Assembly (NCBI RefSeq): GCF_004010195.1
Contig: NC_057719.1
Coordinates: forward strand, 56,746,606 to 56,776,379
DNA: 29,774 nt
Direction: 5' to 3'
DNA from: Chiloscyllium plagiosum
Taxonomy: Eukaryota
The position numbers and the translations under genes were made by a program. The notes below the pieces were generated by a model. It was not told where the DNA came from, did not search any database, and worked only from the letters and a program-made list of their open reading frames with translations. Shown here piece after piece: positions 1-12,100 of this stretch (positions within the stretch are counted from its first letter, which is position 1; each line of letters opens with the position of its first letter).

Positions 1-3000
1 AGGCTAAAAAACACATTCCATTCTGGTTACATACAGATAAGAAGATTCACACGGGGAGGTGTGTAATAAGATTCACACGGGACTAAGCAACACCTCCATT
101 CCGGTTAGATTCACACATGTATTGGGACACAATTTTTAACCGTTTCACCACAATTGTATTATATTTTCATATTCTCTCGTTAATGCATTTCAATCTTCAA
201 GAAGGGAAGCTATCCCTTTTTGTACTCTTTAACAGGTATGTGGAGGCACAGAAAAGACTAAGGAAAATGAGGAATTTCAATTAATGAATGGCAGAGTTAT
301 ATTGCTAGCGTTTGAGATTCTGTATTACAACTGACAATCGCAGTCCTCAGACTAATTAATAAGGCTTCTCTGACTAATAGTTAATAGCCCTGTGAAATTG
401 TATAAGTTACTTAGCAATCAAATAATGAAAGGGGGCAGTATTATTTTGGTAGATTTAGTAACTAGAACTTAATAAATTGCTTAAATTCATTTTAGTTGAG
501 GAAAACTGAGATCACAAAGGAATCTATATTCCACTTTCCCCAATCTCAAAATTTAGCTGTGAAAATAATCAAGCACACTAGTCACGAAAACAGAAGTACA
601 GGTCAAATAGCTTTATAACTGTAGTGCTAATTTGCATAGCAAGCATTATAAGTACACACAGTCCCTGGAAGCACAATGCAGTTCAATATAAAACAACTGG
701 TCGGAGGTAAGGAAAGGTTCATATGTCGGGTGTTTAAAATTCAACTCCCGTATTGGATTGCATTCACAAGCACTAGTGTTTATAAGTTGGACGTTTGCTA
801 AATTGGGGACCATCTATTAACTTTTGTAAAATAACCTTCTGTCATAATTCTGTCATAAATATGGGGACAACAGTAATATACGATAACTTCCTTTTCTGTT
901 GCATGAAGATAGAAAGTTACTTAGTATCACGTTGTGTAGAATCCAAACATCAGCCAGCAGCTTATTGCAGCAGCTCATATTTTTTCTGTGAAATAGTGGA
1001 AAATGATAGCTTTAAATTAAGATACCCTTATACCTGAAACAAAGCTAACAGGGACAAGTTAGGTTCCACTAAAATACAGAAGGCAACATGCTGTTACAAA
1101 GGGTTTAAGCTTTTTTTAATATATAAACAAGTCGCCTACAGTTAGAAAGTATTTCAAATATTCAAATCAACAGCTGTGCAATAGGCAGTAACTTTGGAAC
1201 TGCAGATAATAAATTACAATTTGCTGACTTCATGGCTTGTAGCAGATGCTTTAAGAAATGTGTTAAATAACATACCACAATTTTTTTTTCCACATTGATT
1301 TTGTTTGCAAAACCATTTGTAAACATTGAATAACACTATAATGTTAAGAAGGTTGGAGTTGGGAATGGGAAGCAACAATGTGTTAAGAGTTTGTACAATG
1401 AATTTTTAAATATGGAAACTGGAACTTGCTGAGATCATGTAGATATCTTAAAAATTACTGGTATTTAATGTAAGGGATACATGGGGTCAAATTAACTGAT
1501 TACAGAAGCTGCATTCCAGAAACATCAATTTTGGACCAAAATTGTTCTTTTTTAAAATAAATATCATCAGCTTTTAAAAGATAGTGCAGATATTAGTTTA
1601 TATTCACTTCATTACGCCACAGGTTCAACTGATACCATGATGGTTTTTCAAATAAAATACATGCAACTATCACAAAGAACTTATGGTTTTTACATAGGCA
1701 ATTATTAAAACAAATTTGAGGATTGAACTCAATAATGGTGCAACAGATTTTGTTTATAGTCTGCTTCATTATTAATTACAGAACAATATCAAATTGCTGG
1801 TTCTATTTATTGTAAACTATTTAGATTTATTCTGCACTTTTCATAACATAGCATTCTCTCTGCAGTAAATAAAAAAAAGCTCCACATAAGTAATATCATG
1901 ACTCAAGTCAACAGCCAACTCCCAGTCTGAAACAAGTACACTGAAATCAGAAGATGCAAGACAATCTCTCATAGCTTTCTGTTAAATCACTCTGAAAATA
2001 TATACTATAGGTCAAACCACTTTAATCAAAGTTTCAAAACATTTCAAATTTAGCAGAATCCCCACACTTTTCCCAAGAAGTTATAAGTTAACTGACTGTG
2101 TACTTGTATTTATGCACATCAATTCTTGTTTGTGGTGGTCAGGGAAAGGCAAAATCAGCAGTGAAATTCCAGTCTTCATGCTGTGCATTCTGTTAATGGA
2201 ATCGATAGTCTAATTAATTTGGGAGGGTGGTCATAAGTACCAAAGTTTGTGAACATCCTAACTTCGAACCAAATGCTGTTTTACATCTTAATACGACTGG
2301 TACGAGGTCTCAAATGGTTTCAAATCTCAAAAGGGATCCAACATGATAGGGTTTTCAAGAAAATTGTTGTCACTGCAGTGAATCTTATAATCAAGATTAC
2401 TTTAAACAAAGGACGGACAATCTGTTTTGAAGAATTATATTGATTCTATTATAGTTAATTCCCAGTAATAAATAAAGATGCCATCATCTAAGCATTTCCT
2501 CATGGCTTTCTGATTACATTTTGACATTTCAGTTCTTTCGAGCAAGTCAACAATACAATTGTTTTTCACCCAGTAGTGTCACACTAAGCTGCTTTAATTT
2601 TGATCTTCCAGCTTCTGTAGCATCAGTGTTTATGCTTATACCAGACAAGTTGATAAAGACAAAATGCCCAATTCTTTTAGATCTATGAGTATTATGATTT
2701 TGAAGCCTGTTGTTGGTCTTGTTATAATGAGTACTACATTGATGACAAAACAAATTCATAATATTTCAAACTGCTTAATGATTAGATGTAACCATTTAGG
2801 ATTCATTATTGTAATATTACAATATTTAATTGACTTTATTGCATTGTTACATTTATTTGGACAGGGACCAATGGTGCTAATTTGATGGGGTTTTTTTGTA
2901 GCCACTAATTCAGAGGGAGAATGGTGCTAAAAGTTACAATTTCAGAGTCTCCACCTGAAACATGTCCTTTACCATAAAAAAGAACCACCAAATGTTTACA

Positions 3001-3461
3001 AATCAAACGAGTAATCAGGTAACAGTCTTGCACATGGAAACAGAATCATGTAGTATAAGATCGCGCCAGGAATCAAAAAGAAAACAATATGGGTTTTGAC
3101 AGTTGGATTCACGATAGTATCTTCATCTGAACTTGAAAATGAAAAAATATTTATGAAAGCATTTAAGTTACCACTGAAACATTTTTTGTTTACAAGAGTC
3201 AAGAAAATTCTTAGTAAATTAGCAAATAGATGCTCACAAAACACAAGACATGTTCACAGGATAAAGAAACAGATAGAATGCCAGAGACACAGCTAAGAGA
3301 ATGACCAAGAGAAAGAGAAGCCAAGAGCCTCAAATATACAATTTTTTTTCTTGAAAGGATGGATGAACTGGGATAAAGTGTTCAAACCTTTTCTGAGCTG
3401 TTTGATTTTATCTACTCTGTGCATTTAACAAATAAACCAATGAAGAACCAACAAACCTGTA

Positions 3462-3548
3462 ATAAAAATAGAGATTGCTGCAAAAGCTTAGCAGGTCTGA
3501 CTGCACCTTTGGATAATGTTTTGGGTTAAGTGACCCTTCCTCAAACCT
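3462..3548 (-). mobile_element. Short Penelope-like terminal-repeat relic with decayed hammerhead motif
   Basis: Reverse complement reads TTGAGGA-A-GGGTC-ACTT-AACCC-AAAACATT...CAGACCTGCTAAGCTTTTGCAGCAATCTCT, matching the layout of the relic at 20516-20620. Confidence 0.6.
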
Positions 3549-3839
3549 ATTCTGTAGTTTGATCCATTTTTGTGGTCCGTCAGCAGTTTAAAAATTGGAG
3601 GACGTCAGAAAGAGACAATCCGAGATGATTACAATTAATCAAATTTAGTACTGCGGTCATATTGGCTTCTGGTACCAACACTAAGGACAGAAACAGTTTT
3701 CAACATGGAGATATAAAGCTAATATAAAAAGTAAAATTTAGAATAGATTCTCTTTTTGTTTGTGCCACTAGGGGAACGATGCGCTTATTTTATTTTCCAT
3801 CTGAATGTCAAAAACTTTTAAAGTGCACTATTCCACTAC

Positions 3840-4327
3840 AAGATTGTGGATGAAATTTAATGCAAGGAAATGTGAAGTGGTACATTTTGGGAGGGAGAAT
3901 GTAGGGAAGATAAAGGGCACTACTCTAAATAGGTTGCAGATTCAAAGAAACCAAGGGGTAAACGTCCAAATATTTTTGAGGATGGCATGTTGATAAAGTG
4001 GTTGAAAGGCAAACAGGATTTTGGGCTTTCTAAAAAGAGGTGAAAAGTACAAATATAAGAGACCTATGGTGAATATATATAAAATTCTAGTTCAATTTCA
4101 GATGGACGACTGTATCAAATTCTGAGCATCACAATGTAGGACAAATGTGATGGGTTTAGAGAATGTGCCGAAAAAGATTACAAGAGTGATTCCAGGGACA
4201 AGAAACTTCAATATCCATGGAATGGATTGGAGAAGCTGGGGTTATATCCCCTTAAAGAGAAGGCTCTGGTAAAGTTTTATAGAGCCAAAATCAAGAGAGA
4301 TCTAAACAGTAAACAATGCAAAACTGT
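3840..4327 (+). mobile_element. Old, diverged CR1 LINE ORF2 3' fragment
   Basis: Translates WMKFNARKCEVVHFGREN and LEKLGLYPL, homologous to the C-terminal ORF2 region of younger CR1 copies here; many stops and frameshifts. Confidence 0.8.
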
Positions 4328-4336
4328 AAGGATTAT

Positions 4337-4458
4337 GGGTAATCCAAGATGGAAGATGGGAGAAAATTGTGGCTGTAAGAGCTGCTCCTTTTTTTTGAAG
4401 AAATTTAGGTGTTGAAAGCGATTTCCTCGGATTCCAGAAGCAGCAATTACTGTTTTAT
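4337..4458 (+). mobile_element. Probable extreme 5' end of CR1 copy B, separated from its body by copy A
   Basis: Starts GGGTAATCCAAGATGG, a CAAGATGG motif typical of LINE 5' ends; not homologous to the copy B sequence directly upstream of 8092. Continuity with 7722 onward is inferred. Confidence 0.5.
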
Positions 4459-4526
4459 GGGACAGTGTTTTGTAGAGGAATAAGATGGTGTTATTTTCTG
4501 GGTCTGTAGGTTGTGAAGGAGCAAAA

Positions 4527-5425
4527 ATGGCCTTTAGTAGAGTGACGTGCGCTTCTTGTCAGATGTGGGAGTTTAAACAGAGTTTATGGGTCACTGCAGA
4601 TTATATCTGCAGTAAATGCGGTTGGTTGTGAATCTTATCAGATCGAATGGACCAGTTGGAGAGACAGTTAGAAGCAATTTACAAAAGCAACAGTATGTGA
4701 TGGATGGCAGTTGCAGGAAGGGGAGAAAGTCTCAGATACAGTCACATAGATGGGTTAACTCAAGGAAAGATAAGAGAGGTAGGCAGCTAGTGCAGGAGCC
4801 TTTTGTGGCTCTACCCATTTCAAACAAGTATGCTGTTTGGAAAATATAGGGGGTGATGGATTCACAGGGGAACGTAGCACGAACAGCCAGGTTTCTGGTA
4901 TTGAGACTGGTACAATGCAATGAGGGGTAAGTCGGGTTCTGAGAGATCAACAGTGTTAGGGGACTCTCTACTCCGAGGTACACACAGATGTTTCTGTGGC
5001 CAGTTGTGTTGCTTCCCTGGTGCCAGGATCAAGGATGTTTCAGAGAGGGTGCAGAATGTTCTCAAGGGGGAGAGGGGCCAGCAAGAGGTCATTGTCCACA
5101 TTGGAACCAACGACATAGGAAGGGAAAAGATTGAGATTCTGAAGAAAGATTACAGAGAGTTAGGCAGGAATTTAAAAAGGAGGTCCTCGAGAGTAGTAAT
5201 ATCTGGATTACTCTTGGTGCTACGAGCAGGGATAGGAGGATAGAGCAGATGAATGCATAGCTGAGGAGCTGGTGTATGGGAGAAGGATTCACATTTTTGG
5301 ACCATTGGAAGCTCTTTTGGGGTAGAAGTGACCTGTACAAGAAGGACGGTTTGCACCTAAATTGGAAGGGGACTAATATATTGGCAGGGAGATTTGCTAG
5401 AGCTGCTTATGAGGATTTAAACTAA
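4527..5425 (+). pseudogene. CR1 ORF1 (zinc finger/leucine zipper + SGNH esterase), disrupted
   Basis: ATG 4527: MAFSRVTCASCQMWE...YICSKC, then ILSDRMDQLERQLEA; esterase blocks VLGDS, FPGA, HIGTND, DGLH (5345-5356); in-frame TGA at 4629 and frameshifts; ends TAA 5423-5425. Confidence 0.85.
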
Positions 5426-5439
5426 TAAGCTGGGAGGCT

Positions 5440-7641
5440 GGGACTGCCATAATGTTCAGGGTTTGGATGGACAGGAATTTGTTAAGTGTGCACAAGAAAG
5501 TTTTCTGATTCACTATGTTGATGTTCCTACTAGAGAAGCTGCAAAGCTTGACCTGCTCTTGGGAAATAAGGCAGGGCAGGTGACTGAGGTGTCAGTGGAA
5601 GAGCACTTTGGGGCCAGCAACCATATTTCTATTAGTTTTAAAATGAGGATGGAAAAGGATAGACCAGATATAAAAGTTGAAGTTCTAAATTGGAGAAAAG
5701 CCAATTTTTTACAGTATTAGGCAAGAACTTTCGAAAGCTGAATGGAGGCAGATGTTCACAGGTAAAGGGATGGCTGGAAAGTGGGAAGCCTTCAGAAATG
5801 AGATAACGAGAATCCAGAGAAAGTATATTCCTGTTAGTGTGAAAGGAAAGGCTGGTAGGTATAGGGAATGCTGGATGACGAAAGAAATTGCGGGTTTGGT
5901 TAAGAAAAATAAGGAAGCATATGTAAAGGAGAGACAGGATAGATTGAGTGAATCCTTAGAAGAGTATAAAGGCAGGAGGAGTATACTTAAGCTGGAAATC
6001 AGAAGGGCAAAAAGGGGACATGAAATAGCTTTGGCAAATAGAGTTAAGGAGAATCCAAAGGGTTTTTACAAATACATTAAGGGCAAAAGGATAACTCGGG
6101 AGAGAATAGGGCCCCTCAAAGATCAGCAAGGTGGCCTTTGTGTGGAGCCGCAGAAAATGGGGGAGATACTAAACGAGTATTTTGCAACAGTACTTACTGT
6201 GAAAAAGGACATGGAAGATATAGACTGTAGGGAAATAGATGGTGATAATCCTTGTGGCAATGTCCATATTGCAAAGGAGGAAATGCTGGATGTCTTGAAA
6301 TGCATAAAAGGTGAATAAATTCCCAGAACCCGATCTGGTGTACTCTAGAACTGTGGGAAGCTAGGAAAGTGATTTCTGGGCCTCTTGCTGAGATAATTGT
6401 ATCATCAATAGTCACAGGTGAGGTGCTGGAACATGGTGCCACTGTTTAAGAAGGGTGGTAAGGACAAGCCAGGGAACTATACACCAGTGAGCCTGACATC
6501 GGTGGCGGGCAAATTGTTGGAGGGAATCCTGAGAGACATGATGTACATGTATTTGGAAAGGCATTAGGGATAGTCAGCATGGTTTTGTGCGTGGGAAATC
6601 ATGTCTCACAAACTTGATTGAGTTTTTTTGAAGAAGTAACAAAGAGAATTGATGAGGACAGAGCGGTAGATGTGATCTATATGGACTTCAGTAAGGCGTT
6701 CGACAAGGTTCCCCATGGGAGACTGGTTAGCAAGGTTAGATCTCACTGAATACGGGGAGAACTAGCCATGTGGATACAAAACTGGCTGAAAGGTAGAAGA
6801 CAGAGGATGGTGGCAGAGGGTTGTTTTTCAGACTGGGGCCTGTGACCAGTGGAGTGCCACAAGGATCAGTGCTGGATCCTCTATTTTTTGTCATTTACTG
6901 AAATGATTTGGATGTGAGCATAAGAGGTACAGTTAGTAAGTTTGCAGATGACACCAAAATTGGAGGTGTAGTGGACAGCGAAGAAGGTTACCACAGATTA
7001 CAACAGGATTTTGATCAGATGGGCCAATGNNNNNNNNNNNNNNNNNNNNNNNNNNNNNNNNNNNNNNNNNNNNNNNNNNNNNNNNNNNNNNNNNNNNNNN
7101 NNNNNNNNNNNNNNNNNNNNNNNNNNNNNNNNNNNNNNNNNNNNNNNNNNNNNNNNNNNNNNNNNNNNNNNNNNNNNNNNATTGCGTGCAATTATGGTCT
7201 GCTTCCTATTGGAAAGATGTTGTGAAACTTGAAAGGGTTCAGAAAAGATCTACAAGGATGTTGCCAGGGTTGGAGGATTTGAGCTATGTGGAGAGGCTGA
7301 ACAGGCTGGGGCTGTTTTACCTGGAGCATTGGAGGCTGAGGGGTGACCTTATAGAAGTGTACAAAATTATGAGGGGCATGGATAGGATAATTAGACAAAG
7401 TCTTTTCCCTGGGGTTGGGGAGTCCAGAACTAGAGGGCATAGGTTTAGGATGAGAGGGGAAAGATATAAAAGGGTCCTGAGGGGCAACCTTTTCACGCAG
7501 AGGGTGGTAAGTGTATGGAATGAGCTGCCAGAGAAAGTGGTGGAGGCTGGTGCAATTGCAATATTTAAAAGGCATTTGAATGGGTATCTAAATAGGAAGG
7601 GTTTGAAGGGATATAGGCTGGGTGCTGGCAGGTGGGACTAG
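5440..7641 (+). pseudogene. CR1 ORF2 (partial APE endonuclease + reverse transcriptase), disrupted
   Basis: PTREAAKLDLLL and FGASNH (endonuclease C-terminus), RT motifs, C-terminal RTRGHRF...GRWD*; N-terminal endonuclease region deleted. Confidence 0.88.
7030..7180. other. Assembly gap (151 N)
   Basis: Run of N. Confidence 1.
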
Positions 7642-8159
7642 ATTGGGTTGGGATATCTGGTCGGCATGGCCAGGTTGGACCGAAGTGTCTGTTTCCATGC
7701 TGTACATCTCTATGACTCTATATGCTGTTGCATTGTTTTGGAACTTGAGGGGGTTAAAAATAAAGAGATCAAAACAACAGCACATTTAAAAGAGAAAGAC
7801 AGACAAAAGGCAGTGACCATATGGTCAGCAAAAAACCTACACTGCTAACTTATACAGCAGTGAATATGCACAGTTACTGCCTGTGCTGTTTGAGTTCATG
7901 TATCACTACCATTGGAGTGATCTAGGAAAAATAAACAAACTGCGAAATTCACAGCTGACCTGCATGGGAAAGCTCACAGCAAGTGCATAGTTTTTAAGTG
8001 TAACCTCACTGAAGGTCTACAGTAGTGAGTAGAGTGGGTTCTTTCTTGATTATATATTTTATTGAGATCTGTCTCTTGATTAAGTTAGTCTGGAGCGCTG
8101 TTTTTTAGAGCAAAAAGATAGTGCTATTTTTTGGGTCTGTAGATTATGAAAGAGCAAAG

Positions 8160-9041
8160 GAGAGTGATATGCTCTTCCTGTCGGATGTTGGAGTTTAGGG
8201 AGATGTTACTGATGATTACGTCTGCAGGATGCGTATTTGGTTGTAAATCCTATCAGATTACATGGATCAGTTGGAGCGGCACTTAGAGACAGTAAGAAAT
8301 TTACAAGAGCTGGAGGTGTAATGGATGGCAGTTAAAGGAAAGAAGAAAAGCCGCAGATACAATCAGGTAGATGGGTTAACTCTAGGAAAGAAAGGAGGGC
8401 TAGGCAGGTAGTGCAGGAGTCTAATGTAGCTATCCCCATTTCATACAAGTATATTGTTTTGAAAAATGTAGGGGGTGATGGACTCTCAGGGGAATGTAGC
8501 ACGAACAACCAAGTTTCTGATATCGAGACTGGTTCTAATGTAATGAGGGGTACATCAGGTTCCAAGCGATCAATTGTGATAGTCAGAGGCACAAACAGAA
8601 GTTTCTGTCGCCAGCAGCGAATGGCTTCCCTAGTGCCAGGATCAAGGATATCTCAGAGAGGATGCAGAATGTTCCCAAAGAGAGGAGGGACCAGTAGGAG
8701 GTCATTGTACACATCGGAAATAACAACATAGGAAGGGAAAAGGACGAGGTTCTGAAGGGAAAAGATTGAAAGTTAGGCAGGAATTTAAAAAGGAGGTCCT
8801 TAAGGGTAGTAATATCTGGATTACTCCCGGTGCTATGAGCTAGTGAGGGTAGGAATAGGAGGATAGAGCAAATGAATGCATGGCTGAGGAGCTGGTGCAG
8901 GGGTTCATATTTTTGGATCATTGGAATCTCTTCTGGGGAAGAGGTGACCTGTACAAGAAGGACAGATTGCAGTTGAACTAGAAGGAGACTAATATACTAG
9001 CAGGGAGATTTGCTGGAGCTGCTTGGGAGGATTTAAACTAG
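8160..9041 (+). pseudogene. CR1 ORF1 remnant (copy B)
   Basis: Aligns along its length to 4539-5425; start-codon region deleted; multiple stops and indels. Confidence 0.82.
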
Positions 9042-9163
9042 TAGGGTAGGGGTGTAAGACCCAGGGAAATAATGAGAAAAGAGATCATTCTGAGACTTAG
9101 ACTGTTGGGAAAAGGAGCAAGTCATGGCAGGCAGGAACAAAGCAGAATACAGGTAGGACTGAT

Positions 9164-12100
9164 AAATTAAACTGCATTTACTTCAATGCAAGAGGCCTAA
9201 CAGGGAAGGCAGATGAACTCAGGGCAGGTTAGGAACATGGGTGTGGGATATCATAGCAATTTAGGCAGCACGGTGACTCAGTGGTAAGCACTGCAGTCTC
9301 ACAGTGCCAGGGACCTGGGTTTGATAGCCTCGGGTAACTGTCTGTATGGAGTTTGCACAGTCTCCCCATGGGTTTCTTCCAGGTGCTCCACTTTCCTCCC
9401 ACAGTCCAAAGATGTGCAAGTTAGGTGAATTGGCCATGCTAAATTGCCCATAGTGTAGGCTAGGTACATTAGTCAGGGGTAAATATAGGGTAGGGAAAGG
9501 CCCGGAAGGGTTACTCTTCAGAGGGTCGGTGTGGATTTGTTGGGCCAAAGGACCTGTTTCCACACTGTAGGTATTCTGATTCTAACTCTTAACAGAAGCG
9601 TGGCTCAGGGATGGACAGGACGGGAAGCTTATTGTTCCAGGATACAAATGCTAAATGAGGGACAGAAAGGGGGGGGCAAGAGAGGAGAGGGAGTGGCGTT
9701 TTTGATAAGGGATATCATTACTGCTGAACTTAGCGGGGAGTATTACTGGGAAAACATCCAGGGAGGTTATTTGGGTGGAACTGAGAAATAAGAAAGGGAT
9801 GATCACTTTATTGTATTATAGACCCCCTAATAGTCAGCTGGAAATTGAGCAACAAATTTGTAAGGAGATTTCAGTTATCTGTAAGAAAAATAGGGTGGTT
9901 ATGTTCAGAGATTTTAACTTTCCAAACATAGACTGGGGCTGCCATAATATTAAGGATTTAGATGGAGAGGCATTTGTTAAATTTTCTGATTCAGTATGTG
10001 GATGTACCAAGTGGATAAAGTGCAAAACTTGACTATTCTTCAGAAATAAGACAGAACAGGTGACTGAAGTGTCAGTGGGGGAACACTTTGGGGCCGGTGA
10101 CCATAATTCTATTAGTTTTAAAATAGTGACAGAAAAGGAGAGACAGGACCTAACAGTTGAAGTTCTAAATTGGAGGAAGGCTAATTTTGATGGTATGATT
10201 GGGGGCAGATGTTCACAGGTAAAGGAATGGCTGGAAAATGGGAAAATGGGAGGAATGAGATGATGAGAATCCAGAGAAAATATTTTCCTGCAAAGGTGAA
10301 AGGAAAGGCTGGTAGGTGTAGAGAAATATGGATGATTAGAGAAATTGAAGATTTGGTTAAGAAATCGAAGGAAGCATTTGTCAGGTACAGACAGGAGAGA
10401 TCAAATGATTCCTTAGAAGAGTATAAAGGCAGTAGTAGTATACTTAAGAGGGAAATCAGGAGGGCAAAAGGGGGATATGAGATAGATTTGGCAAATAGGG
10501 TTAAGGAGAATCCAAAGGGATTTTATAAATACATTAAAGGTCCAAAGGGTAACTAGGGAGAGAATAGGGGCCCTCAAAGATCAGCAAGGCAGCCTTTGTG
10601 TGGAGCCGCAGGAGATTGGGGAGATACTTAATGAGTATTTTGCATCAGTATTTACTGTGGAGAAGGACATAAAAGATATAGAATGTGGGGAAATAGATTG
10701 TGACAGCTTGAAAAATGTCCATATTATAGAGGATGTGGTGTCGGATGTCTTGAAACACATAAATAAAAACAAATAAATCCCCAGGACCTGATCAGGAGTA
10801 CCGCAGAGCTTTGTGGGAAGCAAGAGGACTGATTGCTGGGGCCCTTGCTGAGATATTTGTATCATTGATAGTCACATGTGAGGTGCCGGAATACTGGGAG
10901 GTTGGCTAACGTGGTTCTACTATTGAAGAAAAGTGGTAAGGAAAAGCCAGGGAACTATAGACCAGTGAGGCTGACATCGGTGGTGAGCAAGTTGTTGGAT
11001 GGAATCCGGAGTGACAGGATTTGCATGCATCTGGACAGGCAAGGACTGATTAGGAAAAGTCAGCATGGCTTTGTGCGTGGGAAATCATGTCTCACAAATT
11101 TGATTGAGTTTTTTTGAAGAAGTAACACAGAGGATTGATAAGGACAGAGGAATAGATGTGATCTACATGGACTTCAGTAAGGCATTTGACAAGAGAACTG
11201 ATGGGAGACTGGTTAGCAACATTATTTCTTATGGAATACAAGGAGAACGAGCCATTTGGATACAGAACTGGCTTGAAAGTAGAAGACAGAGGGTGGTGGA
11301 GGAGGGCTGTTTTTCTGACTGGAGGCCTGTGACCATGGTGTGCCACAAGAATTGGTGCTGGGTCCACTGCTTTTCTTCATTTACATAAATGATTTGGATG
11401 TGAACATAAGAGATTTAGTTAATAAGTTTGCAGATGATACCAAAATGGAGGCGTAGTGGACAACAAATAAAGTTACCTCAGAGTACAATGGGATCTTGAT
11501 CAGATGGGCCAATGGGCTGAGGAGTGGCAGATGGAGTTTAATTTAATAAATGTGAGGTGCTGCATTTTGGGAAAGCAAATCTTAGCAGGACTAGTACACT
11601 TAATGGTGAGTGTTGCTGAACAAAGAGACCTTGGAGTGCAGGTTCATAGCTCCTTGAAAGTGGGGTTGCAGGTAGATCAGATGGTGAAGAAGGCATTTGG
11701 TATGCTTTCCTTTATTGATTAGATTATTGAGTATAGGAGTTGAGCGGTCATGTTGCGGCTGTACAGGACATTGGTTACGTCATTTTTGGTGCAATTCTAT
11801 TGGAAGGATTTTGTGAATCTTGGAAGGGTTCAAAAAAGATTTACAAGCATATTGCCAGGGTTGGAGGATTTGAGCTATAGGGAGAGGCTGATTGGGCTGG
11901 GGCTGTTTTCCCTGGAGCATCGGAGGCTGAGAGGTGACTTTATAGTGGTTTATCAAATCATGAGGGGGCATGGATAGGGTAAATAGACAAAGTCTTTTCC
12001 CTGGGGTAGGGGAGCCCAGAACTAGAGGGCATAGGTTTAGGGTGAGAGAGGAAAGATATAAAAGGGACCTAATTGGCAACTTTTTCAGACAGAGGGTGGT

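Larger units (their letters stand above)
4459..7721 (+). mobile_element. CR1/HER1-type LINE copy A, near full length, degenerate
   Basis: 5'UTR piece, ORF1, ORF2 with RT motifs (YMDFSKAFDKVPH; FADD at 6941-6952), stop at 7641, 3'UTR ending CTCTATGACTCTAT at 7721; spans an N gap. Confidence 0.93.

Noticed and set aside
42..82. ATTCACACGGG reads IHTG, like a C2H2 zinc-finger linker
   Set aside because: Copies are 26 nt apart, out of frame, with no CxxC...HxxxH spacing.
12..116. CRISPR-like repeat-spacer pattern
   Set aside because: Repeats are only 10-14 nt, irregularly spaced, in vertebrate DNA with no cas genes.
200..290. AACAG|GTATGT as donor or acceptor of a small exon
   Set aside because: Both readings give short unrecognised peptides; not supportable.
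656..700. CACAGTC/CACAATG as V(D)J recombination heptamers
   Set aside because: No acceptable nonamer at 12 or 23 nt, and no V, D or J segment.
2870..2930. Direct repeat AATGGTGCTAA, 50 nt apart
   Set aside because: Two 11-mers with nothing element-like between them; compatible with chance.
795..3296. Short ORFs of 60-82 aa in the AT-rich 5' region
   Set aside because: No recognisable domains; lengths expected by chance; several use non-ATG starts.
9264..9335. tRNA gene
   Set aside because: It is the SINE head: degenerate B box, continuing into SINE core and tail.
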